A DNA stretch of 64,000 nt from a virus. Lineage: Duplodnaviria > Caudoviricetes. Where the stretch lies: the IMG/VR virus record IMGVR_UViG_2910822364_000002, positions 16,849 through 80,848 of that record, one strand, 5' to 3'. Below are positions 59,869-64,000 of the stretch, in pieces. The notes below the pieces were generated by a model. It was not told the DNA's origin. It did no database searches and saw nothing but the letters and a program-made list of their open reading frames with translations. The translations under genes and the position numbers were made by a program. How positions within the stretch are numbered: position 1 is the first letter of the stretch; every line of letters begins with the position of its first letter.

Positions 59869-60144
59869 ATGATTGATATAACAAAAGTTTTAAACGATAT
59901 ATTGAAAGCTGTTCTGGGAAAGGATGTACGGCAGGCAATTCATGACGGTATTAAAAGAAGCAATGAGATTGCAAACGATTGTGATAAAAGACAGAGTGAT
60001 CTCGAGAATCAATATGAGCAATTAGTTAAAAACTTTAGCTCTTCATCTCCATCAGATGTAGAAATTGTTGATGCGAGAACAGGACCAGATGGAACTGTAT
60101 ATGGAACTCTCAGAAAACGATTAGAAGATCCAAGATGTTCATAA
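59869..60144 (+). CDS. Short tail-protein-like ORF (91 aa)
   Basis: I..AVLGKDVRQAIHDGI and EIVDAR...DG.VY.TLRKRL motifs, normally N-termini of longer tail proteins. Confidence 0.7.
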   Translation: MIDITKVLNDILKAVLGKDVRQAIHDGIKRSNEIANDCDKRQSDLENQYEQLVKNFSSSSPSDVEIVDARTGPDGTVYGTLRKRLEDPRCS

Positions 60145-60226
60145 AGGAGCTGAATATGGAAATCAGAGCAAGACCCACAGCGGTCTTATTTTTGTGCAAC
60201 AATTGTAATCCAGAAAGGAGCAGATA

Positions 60227-60754
60227 ATGAAAAAAGGGATTATCACAACACTGGTTGTAACAATCTGCATGATGTTAACAGCAACATATGCATTCGCAGC
60301 ATCATCAAAAACAGAGAAGAAGGAGGTTAAAAAAGAAGTTACAACAACAGAAAAGCAGAAAGAAACAACTACAGCAGAAAAGCCTAAAACAGAAACCAAA
60401 GAATCAGAAGAACCTAATATAGAAGAAACAGAAATTTCAACGGAAGAAGAAAGTGATATCGAAAATGCAGAAGAGGTTTCGGACGATCAGGAAGAATCAG
60501 ATGATTCAGAAGAAGAGATTGATGATGAAGAAATGGATCATTGTAATCACGAATGGGTTCAAACTGGTTATGCTGCTGATCCAGATTTTCAAACAGGTTA
60601 TGCGATCGAGCAGGAGTGTAAAAAGTGTCATCTATGTAAAGGTATTGAAATTTCCCAAGAAGAATTTGAAGAAGCCACGAAAGAAGACCAAGAGTCTTAT
60701 GCTGATGAAGGCTGTGAATATGAGGATAGTGAAGATGCAGAGGTAGTTGAATAA
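60227..60754 (+). CDS. Secreted acidic hypothetical protein
   Basis: Signal peptide ending AFA; K/T- then D/E-rich linker; CNHEW...CKKC motif. Confidence 0.7.
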   Translation: MKKGIITTLVVTICMMLTATYAFAASSKTEKKEVKKEVTTTEKQKETTTAEKPKTETKESEEPNIEETEISTEEESDIENAEEVSDDQEESDDSEEEIDDEEMDHCNHEWVQTGYAADPDFQTGYAIEQECKKCHLCKGIEISQEEFEEATKEDQESYADEGCEYEDSEDAEVVE

Positions 60755-60773
60755 AAGAAAGGAAAGTGAGGGC

Positions 60774-61235
60774 ATGAAGAAAATGACAAACAATGTAATT
60801 AATACATACAATGTAGTGACCGGGTCAATTGTTGCAGTATTGAGTTATATCTTAGGAGAACACTGGATTTTATTTGTTGCTTTTCTTGCGTTAAACATTG
60901 CAGATTGGTTAACAGGGTGGATGAAAGCAAGTATGGCAGGCAAAGAAAATTCTGGAGCAGGTTGGAAAGGTGTTTTAAAAAAATTGGGCTATTGGATTAT
61001 GATCATGGTTGCATTTGGAGCATCTGCGGTATTTGTAGAAATCGGAAAGGTAATTGGAGTAGATCTTGGAGTTACGACATTGCTTGGATGGTTTGTATTG
61101 GCATCGTTACTGATCAATGAAATTAGATCTATTGTAGAGAATTTTGTAGAAGCAGGATTCAATGTACCAGCAGTCCTGGTAAAAGGATTAGAAGTAGCAG
61201 ACAAAGTAGTAAACAAAGATCAGGAGGAAGAATAA
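60774..61235 (+). CDS. Holin (Phage_holin_4/TcdE-like)
   Basis: ADWLTGWMKA...S..GWKGVLKK; NEIRSIVEN....G..VP..L.K.L. Confidence 0.92.
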   Translation: MKKMTNNVINTYNVVTGSIVAVLSYILGEHWILFVAFLALNIADWLTGWMKASMAGKENSGAGWKGVLKKLGYWIMIMVAFGASAVFVEIGKVIGVDLGVTTLLGWFVLASLLINEIRSIVENFVEAGFNVPAVLVKGLEVADKVVNKDQEEE

Positions 61236-61780
61236 TGGTATATAATATTCATGGTGGTCATAATCCAAGTGGCAAGATCGCGTGTGGAGCAAGCGACTTA
61301 TTAGACGAGAGCAGAGAAGACAGAAAAATCTGTAAAGAAGTCGTAAGGTTATTAAAGAAAAAAGGACATAAGGCATATAATTGTACAGTCAGCAACGGAA
61401 CTAGTCAGACGGACGTTCTCAGAAAGATCTGTACTAAGTGCAACAAAAGACAAGCAGCATTAGATGTTTCGATTCATCTTAATTCTGGTCGAAACGATCA
61501 CAAAGGAGACAAGAAAATTGCAGGTACAGAAATCTGGTGCACTCAGAGTGTAGGGATTAAGAAAACTGTTGGAAACAGAATCTTAGCAAACATGAAAAAG
61601 CTAGGATTTACAAACAGAGGAATTAAAACAACAGGAAATCTGTATTATCTTAATCATACGATCAATAAAGCAATCCTAATCGAGGTATGTTTCGTTGATG
61701 ATCGAGATGATTACAATCTTTACAAAAAACTTGGATACAAGAAGATTGCAAAAGCGATCGCAGACGGAATCGCGGGATAA
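61235..61780 (+). CDS. Endolysin, N-acetylmuramoyl-L-alanine amidase (Amidase_3), catalytic domain only
   Basis: HGGH, E, SIHLNS, ILIEVCFVD zinc ligands. Confidence 0.92.
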   Translation: MVYNIHGGHNPSGKIACGASDLLDESREDRKICKEVVRLLKKKGHKAYNCTVSNGTSQTDVLRKICTKCNKRQAALDVSIHLNSGRNDHKGDKKIAGTEIWCTQSVGIKKTVGNRILANMKKLGFTNRGIKTTGNLYYLNHTINKAILIEVCFVDDRDDYNLYKKLGYKKIAKAIADGIAG

Positions 61781-61786
61781 TGATTT

Positions 61787-61814
61787 GACCAGGGAGAAAT
61801 CCCTGGTCTTTTTT
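61787..61814 (+). terminator. Rho-independent terminator after lysin
   Basis: GACCAGGGA-GAAA-TCCCTGGTC then T-run. Confidence 0.88.
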
Positions 61815-61907
61815 ATTGCAAAAATAAACCAAAAAAGTTTAAAGAAACATTTGACAATAAGCCAAAAAAAAGTTTATTGTAAAGACAGTAAAAATATAGA
61901 ATTATTC

Positions 61908-61925
61908 TGTTACTAATTTGTTACT
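61908..61925 (+). repeat. Integrase arm-type site (right)
   Basis: TGTTACTAATTTGTTACT, same orientation as 21349-21366. Confidence 0.75.
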
Positions 61926-61984
61926 AAATACAGTGATTTAGAGATAGTTTACATATATTAAAATATTCAACAAACCGCTTAAAT

Positions 61985-64000
61985 GTGATGTTTTTGATAT
62001 TTATTATTTATTTAAATTTATATGGATATAAAACTGCAACATATTTTGATGAAAAATTGTTTAATATAGGCGCACAACTGGCAGATAATCATAGCAATCT
62101 ATATGATTATTGTAAGAGCACAAATCAAAGTTCTTGTTATCAGTCAATGACTGGAAGAAAAGCCACATTTCTGGAATATTTTTACCCTAATCCATTGGAA
62201 TTTGCGGAAAATGCTAGAAATTACGAGTGCCCAAAAGGAAATGCAATAAGCTTTATGTATTATCCAACAGGAGAAGAAAATGATGATTATTGGATTATGG
62301 AGGGGTTTGTAAATAAAGAATTATTGGCAGATTGGAAGGCTGTTGCATATACAGAAAGAGAAAAAGAGTTATTGGAAAATTCTAGAAAATATTATACAAA
62401 CTCAGTAAACACAGTTAATTCTATGAAATCATATTATGAGATTAAACCTTCTTACGATTCAATTAAGAATATAGAAGGTGGAAAGTTAAGTAAAGAAGTT
62501 GCAAAAGGAGCAGTTGATTATTTAAATGCAATTCGTGTGGGAGCTGGACTAAATCCATTGGAATATTCAGAACAATTGTCTATGGATGCACAGTGCAAAT
62601 CTACGTACACGGTATATTTGGCAAAAAATAATATAAAAAATTCATCACCTCATAATCCACCAAAGGTAGAGGGATTAAGCGATGAATATTATTCAAAATG
62701 TCAAAGTGGCAATGGAGAAAATTTATACTCATGTGGAATAATAAGTACGAGTATCATAGACAGTATTAGTAGTGCATTAGATGATAGTCAAGGGACAGGA
62801 CAATATTATAATAGAGGTCATAGATATAATCTGTTAAATCCTGAATGGAAATATATTGGAGTAGGAAATACGTTGCAACAAGCATGTCATAAATTGTCAG
62901 GAACGCAGAGTTCTAATGTAGATGTTGTTGCATGGCCACCAAAAGGAATTACTATTTCAGAAAGTGGATTTTCGCCATCAGGAATGTGGACATGTCAGTT
63001 TTATAATAAGTTAAAACCGACAGCTGATACTACAATAACGATTGAATGTCTCAATAGCAATAAGAAATGGAAGATTGATCCGAATAATCTTTTAGAAAAT
63101 CAAAATTATGAAAGAAGTGGGGATCTTATTTCCTATAGCGATGATTCTATTGTTTTTAAAATAGGAGGAGTTTATCAAATAACATATGATCATCTTACAG
63201 ATGCAAATGGGAATGAAACAAGTTATTCTTATAGAACAGTGTATAAAAAAGCTTATATTGGATCAGAAGAGGAGAAAGTACCACAATCTATAAAATTAGA
63301 TAAAACATCAGAAAAAGTTTTGCTTGGTACAACGAGTAAGTTGATTGCCAAAGTAAGCCCAGATAATATAAAGAATAAAAGAATTTATTTTGCAAGTAAT
63401 AACAAAGAAGTGGCTACTGTAAATGAATGTGGTGAGATTACAGCCCATTCGTTAGGAACAGCTGATATAACAGCTACAAGTGAAAATGGAAATATAACAG
63501 CTACATGCAAAATAATAGTAGTAAAAACTTTAGATCAGACAGATGATCAGCCAGAAAAGGAACCAACAAAGGAACCAGAAAAGGAACCAACTGGAGCAAT
63601 AACAAATGGAAATGTTAATAATAGTAATAACAAGTCTGATTTATCACAAGGACATAAAACAAATAACAGCAAAAAAGAAAATATAACCATTAGTAAAGCA
63701 AAAATTAAAAGTGCGAAAAAGAAAAAATCCTCAAAGTCCTTAACAATAATATTATCAAAAGCAGTACCTAAGGTAACTGGTTATCAAATAAAAATATATT
63801 CATCCAAAAAGAAAGCTAAGAAGAATAAGGGTGCTATTTGGACAAAGGTTGTACAGACAAATTCCAAGAAAATAGTTATTAAAAATAAAAAATTAAAAAA
63901 CAAAAAAACACTTTATATTCAGATACGTGCTTATAAGAGAATCAATAGAAAGAATAAATATAGTACGTGGTCAGAGATTAAGAAAGTAATTGTTAATTAG
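61985..64000 (+). CDS. CAP (SCP)-domain surface protein with Ig-like group 2 domain; probably 5'-truncated by the prophage
   Basis: YLNAIR...GLNPL, ENL, GHRYNLLNP.WKYIGVG CAP motifs; SIKLDKT...SNNKEVATV..G.ITA...G.A.ITAT Big_2; first 11 codons lie in the phage arm. Confidence 0.8.
   Translation: MMFLIFIIYLNLYGYKTATYFDEKLFNIGAQLADNHSNLYDYCKSTNQSSCYQSMTGRKATFLEYFYPNPLEFAENARNYECPKGNAISFMYYPTGEENDDYWIMEGFVNKELLADWKAVAYTEREKELLENSRKYYTNSVNTVNSMKSYYEIKPSYDSIKNIEGGKLSKEVAKGAVDYLNAIRVGAGLNPLEYSEQLSMDAQCKSTYTVYLAKNNIKNSSPHNPPKVEGLSDEYYSKCQSGNGENLYSCGIISTSIIDSISSALDDSQGTGQYYNRGHRYNLLNPEWKYIGVGNTLQQACHKLSGTQSSNVDVVAWPPKGITISESGFSPSGMWTCQFYNKLKPTADTTITIECLNSNKKWKIDPNNLLENQNYERSGDLISYSDDSIVFKIGGVYQITYDHLTDANGNETSYSYRTVYKKAYIGSEEEKVPQSIKLDKTSEKVLLGTTSKLIAKVSPDNIKNKRIYFASNNKEVATVNECGEITAHSLGTADITATSENGNITATCKIIVVKTLDQTDDQPEKEPTKEPEKEPTGAITNGNVNNSNNKSDLSQGHKTNNSKKENITISKAKIKSAKKKKSSKSLTIILSKAVPKVTGYQIKIYSSKKKAKKNKGAIWTKVVQTNSKKIVIKNKKLKNKKTLYIQIRAYKRINRKNKYSTWSEIKKVIVN
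62018..62030 (+). repeat. attR core TTATATGGATATA
   Basis: Identical to 21287-21299; follows lysin terminator and arm repeat. Confidence 0.85.

Larger units (their letters stand above)
21287..62030. mobile_element. Prophage (siphovirus-type, A118-like structural module), apparently complete
   Basis: Integrase-immunity-replication-packaging-head-tail-lysis gene order bounded by a 13-bp direct repeat. Confidence 0.95.

Noticed and set aside
54883-60144. Diversity-generating retroelement as the fibre-variation mechanism
   Set aside because: No reverse transcriptase and no TR/VR pair differing at adenines; cassettes are mutually unrelated.
1-64000. CRISPR array, rRNA, group I/II introns
   Set aside because: No regularly spaced repeats, rRNA-like stretches or intron-encoded proteins seen.

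Overview
Low-GC Firmicute (Lachnospiraceae-like, inferred from gene content) window with three blocks. (1) 1-21299: part of a conjugative element (orphan DNA methyltransferase, candidate oriT, MobC, relaxase, PcfB, ArdC-like protein, VirD4, VirB2-like pilin, VirB6, PrgI, VirB4, CwlT-like hydrolase). Its cargo is a YbfG/BacA-like wall hydrolase with a nonsense codon, a small membrane protein, a LytTR/GHKL pair and a truncated large secreted protein. (2) 21287-62030: an apparently complete siphovirus-type prophage bounded by a 13-bp direct repeat TTATATGGATATA, with matching integrase arm repeats. It carries Ltp, ImmA/repressor/Cro, YqaJ-RecT, HicAB, a tRNA-Ile2(CAU), a minor capsid protein fused to an ADP-ribosyltransferase, and full head, tail and lysis modules. 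(3) 62018-64000: the 3' part of a CAP/Ig-domain surface-protein gene. Top finding: a phage tail-fibre/receptor-binding shufflon at 57291-59845. A 35-codon constant N-terminus is fused through a 14-bp site (CAGCTAAATTCTGA, read in frame as QLNS) to one of four alternative 91-112 aa C-terminal cassettes arranged as two tail-to-tail pairs around a dedicated tyrosine recombinase. Also notable: the two prophage flanks belong to different genes, three long RNA-like stems punctuate the early operon, and seven ICE proteins share a basic C-terminal tail ending in Arg.
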